Origin: Camelus dromedarius
Lineage: Eukaryota
Assembly (NCBI RefSeq): GCF_036321535.1
Contig: NC_087437.1
Location: 89,096,001 to 89,160,000, forward strand
Direction of reading: 5' to 3'
Length of the DNA stretch: 64,000 bases
A model generated the notes under the pieces. The model worked only from the letters and a program-made list of their open reading frames with translations, was not told the DNA's origin and did no database searches. Position numbers and translations under genes: made by a program. Positions 1 through 12,757 of this stretch are shown here, one piece after another (the stretch's first letter is position 1; each line of letters starts with the position of its first letter).

Positions 1-469
1 CAAAGTGGCTTTACATTTTAGCAATTTCTACTTGAAAGAATATGTAATTTATAATGGATTTATTTAATTTATTATTTTAAATGTTTCTTACGTCTGAGCA
101 GGCACTAGTTAAGTGAGACTTTAGAAGAACAAGTAGTACTACATGATGCCTTTGGGAAGCAGAAGAAACAGAATATGCATGACGGATGCTTAGTTAATTT
201 ATAGGACGCTTGCATTTCAAAAATCGTCTTTTTAATCACTACAGGATGACACTTCATTTTGTGGAGCTATAACATTTCTTCCCTTGAGAAATGAAGACCA
301 AGAAATAGAAACTGGGTCCTAAAATACAAAACATTACTACTCAACAGGCTTGAGATCAACCCTATTGACAATATTACATCAACTACATTCTACAACCAGG
401 GTTTATAATGTTAATAAAGTTAGCACACTTGAAAAGAGCACAAACTTTGCACTTGGATCTATTTAATCA

Positions 470-640
470 AGACCTTAACATTTAATGAGTAGGCAAACTT
501 GTACAATCTCCTTTACCTCTTAGAACCTGATTTTCTATCTATAAAAGATGTATAATAATATCTAAAACATCAGCAAATGTGAGTATTAAAATAAATCCCT
601 TCACATAAAGTAATGCCTGGGGTCTAGTGTGCACTAAAAA
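470..640 (+). mobile_element. MIR SINE relic
   Basis: Degenerate MIR core (…cctcttagaacctgattttctatctataaaagatg…) and 3' part (…taatgcctggggtctagtgtgcactaaaaa). Confidence 0.55.
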
Positions 641-1066
641 GAATTGTCTCCTTTTATTGACAATAGAGAAATGTTGCATAATATGTTCTTAAAGAAATGC
701 ACATAATTACAAAATGAGTGACAGCAAATACAAAATGCATTTTTCATAGGAAATTTTATCGTGTTTTTTTAAAATGGTTTTTAAATTATTTGAAAATGAA
801 ACTTGTGCTTATTAGTATAGTTTCTAAAAAGTATACTGCACACACTTTAACTGTGTCATACAAGTCACCCTAAGTGGACAAGTGACAGCTGAGTTGCTAC
901 CTTGAAGCTCTCCATGAGGCACTATATATGTGAGAGTCAGTCAGCGTTTTTGAAGACATTCTTTCCTGAAACCTAGTAGAAGCATATCAGAATCAGGTTG
1001 ATTTTCTCTTACTGATTTCCTTAATCCTTTTTATATATGGCCTTAGACTCAAACATCATAAGCTAG

Positions 1067-1583
1067 TGATACTGAATCTAAGCTCATACTGCTTGCTGCA
1101 TGATAGGCCAGTTAAACTGAGAGACAAGTTATTGGGGCAAGGAATAGTGACTTTATTTGGAAAGCCAGCCAACTGAGAACCTAGTATCCCAAGGAACCAT
1201 CTTCCCCGGGTTTGGATGTTAAGTTCTTTTATAGAGCAAAAGGGGTTGGGAAGAGAGGTTAGGAGGTGAAGTAAAAAAGGAGATGCATTGTTGCAGATAT
1301 TTCCTGGTCCCAGCTAGACTCACAGGGGATGTGTTAATTTCTTCCTTCCTGCAGCCATCCATAGGGGAGTCTTATCAGGATGGTTCCTGTGAGCTTAAAC
1401 AAAGATGTTTTAACTTAATGTTCAGGCATGGGAAACAGGGTTCCAAGAGGTGAGCCATTATGTATACTTTAAACTATAGGCAACATCCCTGTAGTGTTTA
1501 ACCTGTAGCAAAAGCAATGGAATGAAGGGTAAAGTAAAAGATACAGATCTAATATGGAGTCAGATTTGTTTTTCCCTATTACA
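1067..1583 (-). mobile_element. Solo ERV LTR (ERV1-like), 517 bp
   Basis: TG…CA termini; perfect 4-bp TSD CTAG (1063-1066 and 1584-1587); TATAAAA and AATAAA on the minus strand in the expected order. Confidence 0.9.
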
Positions 1584-1709
1584 CTAGGCAGAAAGAAAAT
1601 GTATTTGGTTTGACTTTAAATCCTTCACTTATGAATAAAAAATTAAGACACATTTTCCTCTGAGCTATGCCACAGGCATTCTTAAATTATCTTGGTGGAT
1701 TTGACCTTA

Positions 1710-1960
1710 ACATGTGCAAGGGATAGCAAAGAAGCCAATTTCACTGAAGCAAATGAATAATATTGCAAATGTGTTAAGGCTAAGGTTAAAAACCTAGCAA
1801 TATGTTGCAGTGTGGAGAGCTTTGTGGGTTAAAGAGATGAGCTTAGTTTGATAGCACTGTCAGTAAAGAAATACTGAAAAACCATAGTTCAGAGAACATC
1901 ATGGTGAAAAGAATACTTGAAGAATATTGATCCAGCAGTGGGGGGCAGTATGGATTCTGA
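1710..1960 (-). mobile_element. L2 LINE fragment
   Basis: Purine-rich degenerate L2 antisense pattern (…gtgcaagggatagcaaagaagcca…). Confidence 0.45.
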
Positions 1961-2383
1961 AAATACTATTTTCCTCACTTGTTCTATTACTTAATTGTAA
2001 GAGTCCTACAAATAATTGCTACTCTCTGAAAATAGACTTGTATTCTATTTTAAGCTAAGGCAAAGTTATCCTTCTGCTGCAAGACACTTCTTGTGTGCAT
2101 TGAGGCATGTAAAAAAACATAGAGGGGAAAACGTCTTAATAATATTTTTAAAGTAAACAAAAAAGTAATTCCAGGTATAAATAACTTTTATTTTACTTGG
2201 ATATGCCTGTAAATTATCATTCTAAACAATTATCCTAGCAACCTCAGATAATTCAGTTTCAGATATATCCAGATAAGGTATCTACTCAGAATAATTTTGT
2301 ATTTCTTTTTGCTTGGTTCTCCACACTCAGAGATTCAATTCTGATATCTGAAAGGGATAATAGTTACGCTGATTCTCTTACTA

Positions 2384-2419
2384 CCAATTCATATTTGCAT
2401 GAATGTTAACCTATATAAA
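2384..2419 (+). promoter_or_regulatory. CCAAT-octamer-TATA cluster (putative Pol II promoter)
   Basis: CCAAT 2384-2388, ATTTGCAT 2393-2400, TATATAAA 2412-2419; motif evidence only. Confidence 0.3.
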
Positions 2420-3379
2420 TGTACAATAGTTCAATTCAGGGGGACAAAGGGACCTAGCAAGTGAAGTCTCATGCTCAGATTACAGGAAGTCTCCTGTCAT
2501 TGCAGGAAGGCCTCTAAGTGATTCTGTGCATCAAAAATCCATGAGTATCTGTTTCCTACATAAAATGCTTCAAACAGCTGCTTACTTTTTATCCCTAAGT
2601 TTCTTTCCCATCTTCTTTCATTTTCTGATTACATCAGGGGAAATCCTTGATTAGGAGCCAGTGGTCTTTAACACCTGCTAATCTCCTTTTGAACAAGGGG
2701 AGTGCTTGCCAGGCCGGGCCATCTGCAGGCAACAGAGGGCTAGAGTGGCACCAGGGGGGCAGGATGCAGTGGGTATACAAATCCGCATATCCTGAGTCTT
2801 TGAATCAAGAGGGTTTCCTTCATTGAACACTTGAGTGGGGTCTCCTAGTAGCTAAGGAAGCCCTGGAGATGCGTAATTAAAGGAGTCCATTATGCGCTAA
2901 ACACAGCGAAACTATAGCTACCCCTAATTCCCATAGAATTGAGCCAGCTCCTTGTGCCCACTGCAGTTTGTGCTCATTCTCCAGGAAGTGCCCAGCTGCC
3001 CCTCCCCTATGGGAAGGCGACTGTGAAGGGCTGCGGTATGTTTCCTTACAGTAGAAGGCAGCTTATATATTGCGGAAAGGGATATGGTGCTGAAGCCAGC
3101 ACCTGGGCTCTCAGAACATCCATGCCTGTCAAGCCTGGCTTAAAATTTAATGAGGTCTTTTGGGAGATGACATTCTACATATTTTCAGTACATGCCAATT
3201 CTTAAACCACAAATGACAAAATAAAAACCTCAGTGCTGAATTGCACCTTGGAAATAATTTCATCTACCCTCATCTTTTTCTCAGGGGGGAAATGCAGCTA
3301 AAATCAAGCAGTATTTAGCTCAAGTTCTCAATCTTCTGTTTCCCAGATCTTTTACCTTGAGACTGTCCTGAAATTCAAT

Positions 3380-3500
3380 CAAAAATACTTATTGTTCTTG
3401 CACTGTTTGCTAGGCATTGTAGCACAGTTTGGAAATATAATGGAGAACAAGATTAAAGACGTCCCCTGCCTTCGTAGAATTTATAGGCTAAAAACAGAAG
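3380..3500 (-). mobile_element. L2 3' end fragment
   Basis: ttattg…ctaggcattgtagc…gtcccctgccttcgtagaattta, typical L2 tail in antisense. Confidence 0.55.
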
Positions 3501-4718
3501 ACAAACAAGTTTTAAGTGTCATAATAAGAGAAAAGTTTACTATGGAAACAAAAAGTTCATATAAAGAAGTGTAAATGATATAGGTTTGCATCAAAGTTAG
3601 GTTTTTTTATTACTAAAACAACAAATTTTAAAGTTAAAAATATAGTACTACTTATAAAATTTATTTATGAGGCTATACTGAGGATTTTGATTACTGAGAC
3701 ATTGTGTATCTTCTTGAAAGAAGATCATAAAACTTCAACAAAACATTTTCCAACTGCAGATTCTTGTGATTAAAGGGACATGGGCTCATTAAAAATGTAT
3801 AATTGACTGCATTAATTCAAATAGATTTTTCTAGGATAATTAAAATACTTTCACACTTTATAAGCAAAAGTGTTCTTGTTTTAATTTTTTTTAATTTATT
3901 CTATCTGGTGTTTCTTTTTTGCAAAACATTTTAATATAGGATAAGGAATTTGCTTTTTGTGAATAGTAAATGTCATACTAAAATCATGCCTTAAAGTTAA
4001 GTTGTATCATACAACAAATGGATTGATACTAGCTTCAGTTTAGATCCAATGTATTTTGACACTATTGATTTTTTGAATAGTAGTTCTTAAATATATTGGA
4101 GAAGGAGTGGGTTCTTAAGATCTATTTGAATATCAGGTTAAATTTCCTTTAAAAAAACGTTTGCACTATTGTTTTTTCACAGACCCCCTCACATCCTGAA
4201 CAAGGGAGATCTATAATTGCATAGCTTAGGGCTTTCTCACTGACCATGCCTTATTTTTAATAATATATCAGATTAAAATATGAAAAGCAAATTAGCAAAA
4301 TTATAGATGACACCTCCTGGACAGGTTAGATAAAGTATAGTGTCTTTGGTCATCTAAAATAATAAACTCAATATAATAATACTAAATATATTGATGGAGA
4401 AAATTTAAAGGTCTATATTTGTTAAAATAATCAAAGCAATAAATAATTCCATTCATTTTTCACTGTGAGTATGCACAACTTGAGTTTCAATATGAGGTTG
4501 GTTCCATGTTTATAAAAGAGGGTGGCCAAGCAAGAAATATTAAGGCAGTGTGACAAGGATGATTTTATCTGAAAATAGTCACTCAAGCAACAATGTATTG
4601 GCCCACAGATAGCTAGCTTAGAAAAGAGAAACATAGGGGCTCACATCTCTTCAAATATCACAAAAGTCTATCTATGTAGAGGTCAGAATTAACAGCAATT
4701 TTCTATCCTTTTTTTTAG

Positions 4719-4839
4719 TCTGAATTTCAGCACATTTGTAGCTTCCGTCTCGTAAATGACAAGGAAGAGAATGAAGCTCACTGGGAAGAACCACTGCTAG
4801 GGGAGCTTCTCTCTGTCCACGAAAGGAGGCTAAATACTT
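4719..4839 (+). other. Candidate internal exon (121 nt)
   Basis: Branch-like TTAAC, polypyrimidine ttttctatccttttttttAG acceptor, CTT|GTAAGT donor; one frame open throughout. Confidence 0.35.
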
Positions 4840-5002
4840 GTAAGTAGTTTATGGCTACTTCCAGCTTTGTTTGCTTCTCAGATAAGGAAGAGTGGGGAAA
4901 GCTACATGATCAGGACCATGGTCAAGCCATTCACAGGACATAGAACTGAATTGGTAATATCTCTACAGAATGAGAGCCCTGTATCATCAATATAGGCTCA
5001 GA

Positions 5003-5462
5003 TTTTTTTAATTGAAGTATATTCAGTTTACAATGTTGTGTAAATTTCTGGTATACAGCTTAATGTTTTAGTCATACATATACATACATATGTTCTTTTC
5101 ATATTCTTTTTCATTATTGGTTACTACAAGATATTGAATACAGTTCTCTGTGCTATACAGTAGAAATCTGTTGTTTATCTATTTTATATATAATAGTATT
5201 TGCAAATCTTGAACTCCCAATTTATCCCTTCCCACCTCCTTCCCCACTGGTAACCATAAGTTTGTTTTCTATGTCTGTCTGTTTCTGTTTTAAAAATGAG
5301 TTCATTTATGTCTTTATTTTTAAGATTCCACATATAAGAGATATATGGTATTTTTCTTTCTCTTTTTGACTTATTTCACTTAGAATGATGATCTCCAGGT
5401 CCATCCATGTTGCTGCAAATGACATTATTCAATTCTTTTTTTAAGGCTGAGTAGTATTCCAC
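5003..5462 (-). mobile_element. 5'-truncated L1 3' end (lineage-specific type)
   Basis: T-run, then L1 3'UTR and ORF2 C-terminus; closely similar to 12430-12900. Confidence 0.9.
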
Positions 5463-5464
5463 TG

Positions 5465-6830
5465 AGGTGCTCTAACAGATATCTAATAAATGTGTCAGAA
5501 GTAGAGAAGGAAACACAGAATGCAGAGGCACTGTTCCAAAAGACAGTGCCTGAGTTTCCAAGAACTGAAGAAAAATGTAAATTATGAAAGAGAAAATAAA
5601 CATCTAGTGTTTAAGAAGAAACATAAAAATGCATGCAAACCCAGAAATTTTGAATTAAAATTTTAAAAAAACAATGGTAAAAAGAAAATAAAAGTTACTC
5701 CAAAAGTAAAACAAATGATCTACAGATAAATTCCATTTATGTGACATAATTTTTATCAGTTAAAATTTATTGCAGAAACAAATTAGATTAATTTTTCCAA
5801 ATTGAGGAAGGTTAATAACTGTCAATTTAGAATTCTGAATCTAACTAAACTGTCACTCAAAAGTAGTGACATTTTCAGGTAGAGAGAGAATTAGCCACTG
5901 AGAAATTCTAGGAAAATAACTAAAGATTATCTTAAGTTTTAACTCAGACAAAAAAAAACCCTAAAAATTTGTCAAAACATGCTGGAAAATATAAAATAAT
6001 GATAATAATAAAATAATTTAATAAATAATGTGCAAGACTGAGTTCATAGAAAAGCTAAAGAGTGATGAGATTCACATCTTTTAAGGCAGAGGGATTAATG
6101 TACTGAGTAATGTTAGGCCCAGGATATTATGAAGGTAAATTGGTTTGATAAAATATTAAATGAAATGGATAATATAATAGAAATAAGATCTTTAATTTCC
6201 AAATCAGTAAGAAAAGATCCAAAACAAGTCCAGAAAGAATCTAAAGAAAAAAAGAAAAGAAAAATGAGGATGAAATGTATTAGAAGATAGGAGAAATGAG
6301 TCCAAATATATCAGTAATAAAAAATTATAAACAGATTTTAAGTCACTTGTTAAAATTATCAGAGTTTTTTAAAAAAATCTCAGCCATGTCATGCGTACCA
6401 AATATATACCTTAAACAAATATGCTATCAAATAATACATAAAAAGTATGAAAATGCACAAATGAAAAAATAATTTTACCAGGCAAATGCTAGCCAGTAAA
6501 AAGCTTGCATAGTATGATTAATATCAATCAAAATTGAATTTAAAATAAGAATCATGAAACCATATGCAGCCAATACTACAATCTCAAAATTTTTAGAGTG
6601 ATGGAAAAAAACAAGAAAAACGATAATTTTATTCAATATATTCTAAAGGCATTAAAACAGTAATAAAAATATTTTATCCCTTTATAATTAAAATGAAAAT
6701 GTAGATAAAATATGCAAATTAATTGAAAAATCAATTAAAAAAACTGAAACAAGAGGAAATATGAAATCCAAATAACCCTGTATCTATTAAGGATATTAAA
6801 TTCATAATTAAAGTTTTCAAATAAAGAAAA
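5465..6830 (+). mobile_element. Ancient L1 (L1M-type) ORF1/ORF2 remnants
   Basis: A-rich degraded ORF1- and EN-like sequence ending at an …NKK-like segment that resumes after the LTR at 7547. Confidence 0.6.
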
Positions 6831-6832
6831 GG

Positions 6833-7546
6833 CCATTAGGGTCCAATCAGGAGACAGAAACTCTACTAGCCATTTAAACACCGAAAAATGAATATAAAGC
6901 AGTATTAACTGGAAAAAAAAAAAGCTTAATAATTATAAAATAAATCAAAAAGGGTTATAAATTTTAAGGAGTAATAAATGTAGGGAGCAGCTACCACCTC
7001 TAAGACAGAGCAAGAATACCACGGAAGAAGCACATTTGGGAGCAGAACTCCTAGAAGTTTGAAATTCACATGTCTTTGGAGAAGGTATGACTACAACTCA
7101 CCGGATGATGAAGAAGCTTGCTGAGACGCTACAGGAGCTAGTCTACTATTAGCCACCTCCTGGGGTGCCCACAGAGTTCACTAGGCAGCCATGGGCCAAA
7201 GATGGTGCATGGGAATTCACCCACTGGGGTGCCAGAAGACTGGAGTTGATCTGCAAGAAGTTGTTTGTTTCAGTGCAGTAGAAATCACTAGAGGTTGAGC
7301 ATCAGTGATTTTCCCACATGCTGCTGGCAGCTATGGTGTTAGAGGAGGAAAAGCACCCAAGAACTAGGATAAGAAGTACCTCTCTCCTATGCCTTATAGT
7401 GTCTCTCCAACACTCTCTGTTGGCAAAATCTAACACTGGTCCAGCTGACATAGGGAAATGCCTTCAAGGTCTAGTTCCAGAATCACAAGGGAGGGCAAAG
7501 AAAGATTAATAAGGAGTTGGGAAGCAATACATTGATAATTAGCACA
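6833..7546 (-). mobile_element. Old ERVL/MaLR-class LTR inserted in L1
   Basis: ttagggtccaatcaggagacagaaac end motif; terminal …agcaca; GC shift; interrupts the L1 ORF2 'KKSPGPDG…EFYQ' region. Confidence 0.65.
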
Positions 7547-8865
7547 AATCTGTTGGCCTAGATATCATCAGTAGTGAATTATATCAAGGCCATTTAAGAT
7601 AGCCTCAGAAAAACAAGTATACCTAGGAATAAATGTAACAAATAGTGTGAAAGACCTATACACTAAAAGGTGCAAAATCACCAATGCAACAAGGAAAGAA
7701 AAGTCATTTCAAATGTCACTGGAACAACTCAGCATCTAAACGTGAAAACATTGACATTTGATAATACCTCATAAATACACAAAAAAATCTACTGGAGATG
7801 AATTGTAGACTTAAATGTAAGAGTTATAACTGTAAATCTCCCGAAATAAAATATAGGAGAGTATCTTCGGAAGCTTGGGCTAATCAAAGATTTCTTATTC
7901 AGAAATCAAAAATTACTAACTATGAAAATAAACAATGAGTAAAGTGGACTTTAAAAAATCTCTACTCATTGGAAGCCTGTTATAAAACAAAAATAAAATC
8001 CAAAGACTGAAATATTCATAATACATAAATCTGACAAAAGACTTACTCAGAATATATACATAATTTTTGTAATTAATTATAAAAATAAACAATGCAACTT
8101 CAAAATAGGCCAAAGACTTGGACCCAAAACAGTGTATACAAATAGTTACTATGTGTATGAAAAATTGCTAAACACTATTAAACATCAAGAAAATTCAAAG
8201 TAATATTAGAATAAGATATAACTCCATACATGAGAAATAGATCAAATTATAAAAGACTAACTTTGAAATATTGGAGAGTATAAAGTACAATTTTAAAATT
8301 TCATTTATTACAAAATGTATACAAAACTTTTGGAAACTAGCTGTTTCTAATTAAATTAAACCTGGTTATGATTCAGCAATTCCACATTGAAGTGTTTATC
8401 CTAAAGAAATAAAAACATGTATCCACATAAAAGAGACTTGTACAAGTATGCTCACTTCTGCTTTACTCATAAGGTGAACATTTTTTGGCACATTCATTTA
8501 ATTGTATCCTACTCCACTGTAAAAAAAAAGTGAATGAATTAATTAAATATTGATATTAAACAGCAACATTGATGAATCTCACACACAAAAGAAGTGAACT
8601 CAAAAGCGAGCCAGTCATAAAGTGTATATAGTATTTGGATTATACAATGTTCAAAACTGGACAAAGCTAATTTGTGACAATAGAAATCAGAATAGTGGAA
8701 GGCTCTGCGGTGGTGGTGGTGAGGAGACTGATTGGAAAGCAGTTTGAGAGAACTTTCTAGGTTGATGACAATATTCTACATAGAATGTACGTTTGTCCAA
8801 ATTCATCAAATTATACACTTAAAAATCCATATTTTGAATGTATTTTATCTCAAAAAGGAGGGAAA
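7547..8865 (+). mobile_element. Ancient L1 ORF2 and 3'UTR remnants
   Basis: Degraded ORF2 segments and L1M 3' end (…ttgtccaaattcatcaaattatacacttaaaa…). Confidence 0.75.
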
Positions 8866-9053
8866 ATATTACAAGAGAGATTAAATTAAGATTCAAAAAG
8901 ATAGGAAGATATTCCACGTTCATAGAGGAATTCATTATCTTAAAAATATTAATTTACTCAAATTAATGTAACCATTTAATGTAATTCCAAAAAGGACACT
9001 CCAAATTTCTCTTGAAGTTGCAAATTTTACTTTACATTTCATACAGAAGACTT

Positions 9054-9490
9054 TGTTAGTATAGATTTTGACCTTCTTCTAAATGATAATTCCATTATTA
9101 TTTAAACTACAAGGCTATGAACTATTTTCCACAGAATTCCTAGAAGCTTAAGACCCACCTATAGCCAAATAGACAAACCTGCACAAGATATGAAAGTTAG
9201 TAAGTGATGTCAGTTATTCACAAAGAGATCACATCTGTGTTAAGCAAAGTGGTAGAGGCATCCAGTATTCCTGAGAGAGCTGTGGCATGTTTTGGGGGAA
9301 CAGTTTGTTATCCAAGGTTACAGTGACACAGACTGACTCCAAGGTGAAAAAATCTTTTGGTGAGTCATTTTCCTGACTTCTTTGCTTCTGGCTGTGTATC
9401 CAAGCCAAGTTGCCCATTTGTTCTGGATATCCTATTCACAATCTAATATTTTTAGTAAACCCACTTTTGAGTATTCTGTTGTCTGTAACA
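9054..9490 (+). mobile_element. Old LTR (ERVL/MaLR-like)
   Basis: tgttag…agtaaacc…tgtctgtaaca termini, flanked by L1 ORF2 remnants; no clear TSD. Confidence 0.5.
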
Positions 9491-9499
9491 GATACTTCA

Positions 9500-10335
9500 C
9501 TGGAATAATAATGAAGGCACACTAATATCCAAGAAAATTTAAAAAGAAAAACTCACACTATCAAGACTTAAGCTATAGTATGTTAAATACGGCACTGTGG
9601 CCTCAAGGAGTGAAAGAAAGACATGTAAACAAATTCACAAATATAAGAACAATCTCTAAATGTGCAGGGATTGTAACAACAACAAAGCATCACTGAGCGA
9701 ATGGAATTTTAAATGCATGGTTTTGGGTCCATTGGCTTTCCAATAAGACAATAAAGATTATTTAAGTATTTCAAAGCATTCACAAAGAAGTAGATTATGG
9801 TACTTTGAAAGAACCATCAATTAAACTTACAGCCGACTGCCCTTAGGAGACAATGTGGAAGAAAGATTTTAGATTAGGAACAAAATTCTCAAATAAGACC
9901 CCCAAAAGATAACACATATATAAAACCATTGATAATTTTGACAACAGTAATTTTAAAATTACAGTTTTCAGTATGGCAGCCAGTACCCTAATGGAATTTA
10001 AAACTATCAAGGGACTGAGAAATAACAGTCATGACATTTTGACTGATAATTGATATGCACAATGTCTAAAGAATTCCAAGAAATGAATAAGATGAAACAA
10101 TCCTGTACTAGTGGGCTAATAGACTGATAAAGATATTTGAAGAACAAATTGAAATTGCTGGTGAGCACATAGAATGAAGTTCAAGCTCACTAGTATTCAC
10201 AAAGAGATGGGGAAAAAAAAAACTCATCAAATTGAAAACATCTAGAAGTATGACTTACCCAGAGTTGATGACGATACAGTGAATTTGGAACTTATTCAGT
10301 GTTTGTGGATGTGTACATTGGCACAAACTTTTTTA
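9500..10335 (+). mobile_element. Ancient L1 (L1ME-like) ORF2 3' remnant, continues at ~18530-19120
   Basis: Degraded ORF2 C-terminal sequence; collinear continuation (…tgatgaccctgcaatcttacttttag…) after the nested L1s. Confidence 0.6.
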
Positions 10336-10339
10336 ACCC

Positions 10340-12412
10340 TTTTAGCAATTTCTCTTTGTCTCTGATAACTTTCCTTGCGTTGGAGTCCGCTGTATCTGAA
10401 ATTAATGTATCTACTCCTGCTTTCTTTTGATTATTGTTAGCTTGCTATATTTTTCTCCATCCATTTGCTTTTAATCTAACTGTATCTTTATATTTAGAGT
10501 GGGTTTCTTGTAGACAAAATATAATTGGATGTTATTTTTTGATATATTCTGACAATCTCTGTCTCTTAATTGGTACATTAGACCATCGAGGTTCAAAGTG
10601 ATTATTGATGTAGTTGAATAAATATCATATTTATTATGATTTTCAATTTGTTGTCCTGGTTCTTAGTTCCTAGTTTTGCCTTTTACTCTTTTTCTGCCTT
10701 TTATGATTTTTAATGAGCATTTTATACTATTTAATTTTTTTCTCCTTTCTTAGCGTATCTTTTTTTTTTTCACTTTTTTTTCATGGTTGTCCTAGAGTTT
10801 GTAATATACATTTACAGCTAAGCCAAACTAATCTTTCAAGTAAAACTATGTTATTTCATGGGTGGTATAAATACCTTAAAATAACAAAATAATCCTAATT
10901 TTTCCCCCTTATCCCTTATAACATTGCTGTCATTCATTGTCACTTATATAAAGCATAAATAAACATATATACACACTAATATATATATACATAAGATATG
11001 CATAAGCATATTAATCAAATATATTGTTGTTATTATTCATTCGAATAAACTATTGTCTGTTAAGAATAAGAAAACTGTCTTCATTTTTCATTCACTTATT
11101 CTTCCTTCATCCTCTTACTAACTTTATGTAGATCCACTTTTCTTACCTATGTTATTTTTCTTCTCTCTAAACTTTAAACACCTCTTGTAAGGCAGGTTTA
11201 CTGGCAACAAATCCCCTCACTTTTTTCCTGTCTGAGAATGTCGTTATTTCTCTTTCATTTTTGAGAAATAACTTTGCAGGATTATTTAGAATTAGAGATT
11301 TGAGGGTTGTTTTTGTTTTTTATTTTGTTTTTCTCAGCACTTCAAATATTTCACTGCACTCTTTTCTTGCTTGCATGGTTTCCTGTCTTTTTTTCTTGTA
11401 TATGTAAGGTGTTATTTTCTCTGGCTTATTTCGGGATTTTTTCTTTAAATCTTTGTTTTCCTGCAGTTTAAAAATCCTATGCCTAGGTGTAGGAATTTTT
11501 TTTTTTTTTTTGCCTTTTTCCTATTTGGTGTATTCTGAGCTTCCTAGGTCTGTGTTTTGATATCTTACATTAATTTGGGGTAATTTTCAGGGATTTTATT
11601 GATATATCTTTTAGGTTAGAGATTCCTTGCTCAGCTGTAACCAGTCTACTAATGAGCCCATCAAAGGCAGTCTTCATTTCTGTTACAGTATTTTTGATCT
11701 CTAGCCCTTCTTTTTGTTTTTTTCTTGGGCTTTCCATCTCTCTGCTTACATTGCCCATCTGTTCTTGCATTCTGTCTACTTTATCCACTAGAGCCCTTAG
11801 CATATTAATCATATTTGTTTTAAATTCCCAGTTTGATCATTTTAACATTTCTGCCCTGTTTGGTGCTGGTACTTGCTCTGCCTCTTCAAATTGGGTTTTT
11901 TACATTTGGCATGCCTCGTAATATTTTCTTAATAGCTAGACATAATGTATCAGGCCTTTAGTAATGTTATGGTGAGGTGTGGGGGGAGGAAAGTGTTCTG
12001 CAATCCTATGATGAGGTCTTGGATTTCTAGTGAGCCTATGCCTCTGGACTGTAGACCTCACAAATGTTTCTCAGGTTTTGTTTTTTTTTTTCTCCCCACT
12101 TAGGTAGAACAAGATGGCTTGAGTGGCTGGGTTTTTTTTTTTTTTTTCCCCCTTCTTCCTCCTGGAAGGATAGGCCAGCTGGGGTTGGTTATTTCCCATC
12201 CCCCAGGTCAATTAGGCTCTGATTATATCCTGGCAGGTCAGGCCCTGGTTAACTAGTTTCCCCTGCGGGCAGTCCCTGTTAAGAAAAACAGTCCTCTTTT
12301 CCCTACCCATGCCAGAACACCAAGGTGATTTTTCTTACGATATTTTCTGTGGGAACCTGGTTGAGCTCCTAAAAGAAAATCTCACGATATTGTGGTGGGC
12401 CTATTACTTGCA
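10340..12412 (-). mobile_element. L1MC-like element (ORF2 start, ORF1, part of 5'UTR)
   Basis: ORF 11570-11812 MINMLRALVDKVDRMQEQMGNVSREME… is L1 ORF1-like; EN-coding remnant at 10340-10640. Confidence 0.85.
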
Positions 12413-12757
12413 CCACTTGGAGTTTGTTTGTTTGTTTGAGGTACATTCAGTTTACAATGTTATGACAATTTTTAGTGTACAGCACAATGCTTCATTCATA
12501 CATGAATATAAATATATTCATTTCATTTTCATATTCTTTTTCACCATAAGCGACTACAAGATATTGAATATATTTGTCTGTGCTATACAGTATAAACTTG
12601 TTTATCTATTTTATATATACAAGTTAGTATCTGCAAATCTCGAACTCCCAGTTTATCCCTTTCCACTGCCCTCCCTCTTGGCAACCACAAGTTGTATTCT
12701 ATGTCTGTGAGTCTATTTCTGTGTTATATATAAGTTCATTTGTCTTTTTTTTTTTTT

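Noticed and set aside
1932..1950. CTCF-like motif (another at ~2746-2762)
   Set aside because: Imperfect match with an extra G or core mismatches; the first lies in an L2 relic; unsupported without ChIP data
2939..3205. 88-aa ORF as a CDS
   Set aside because: Starts at TTG, has no recognisable domain and reads through a splice-donor-like site
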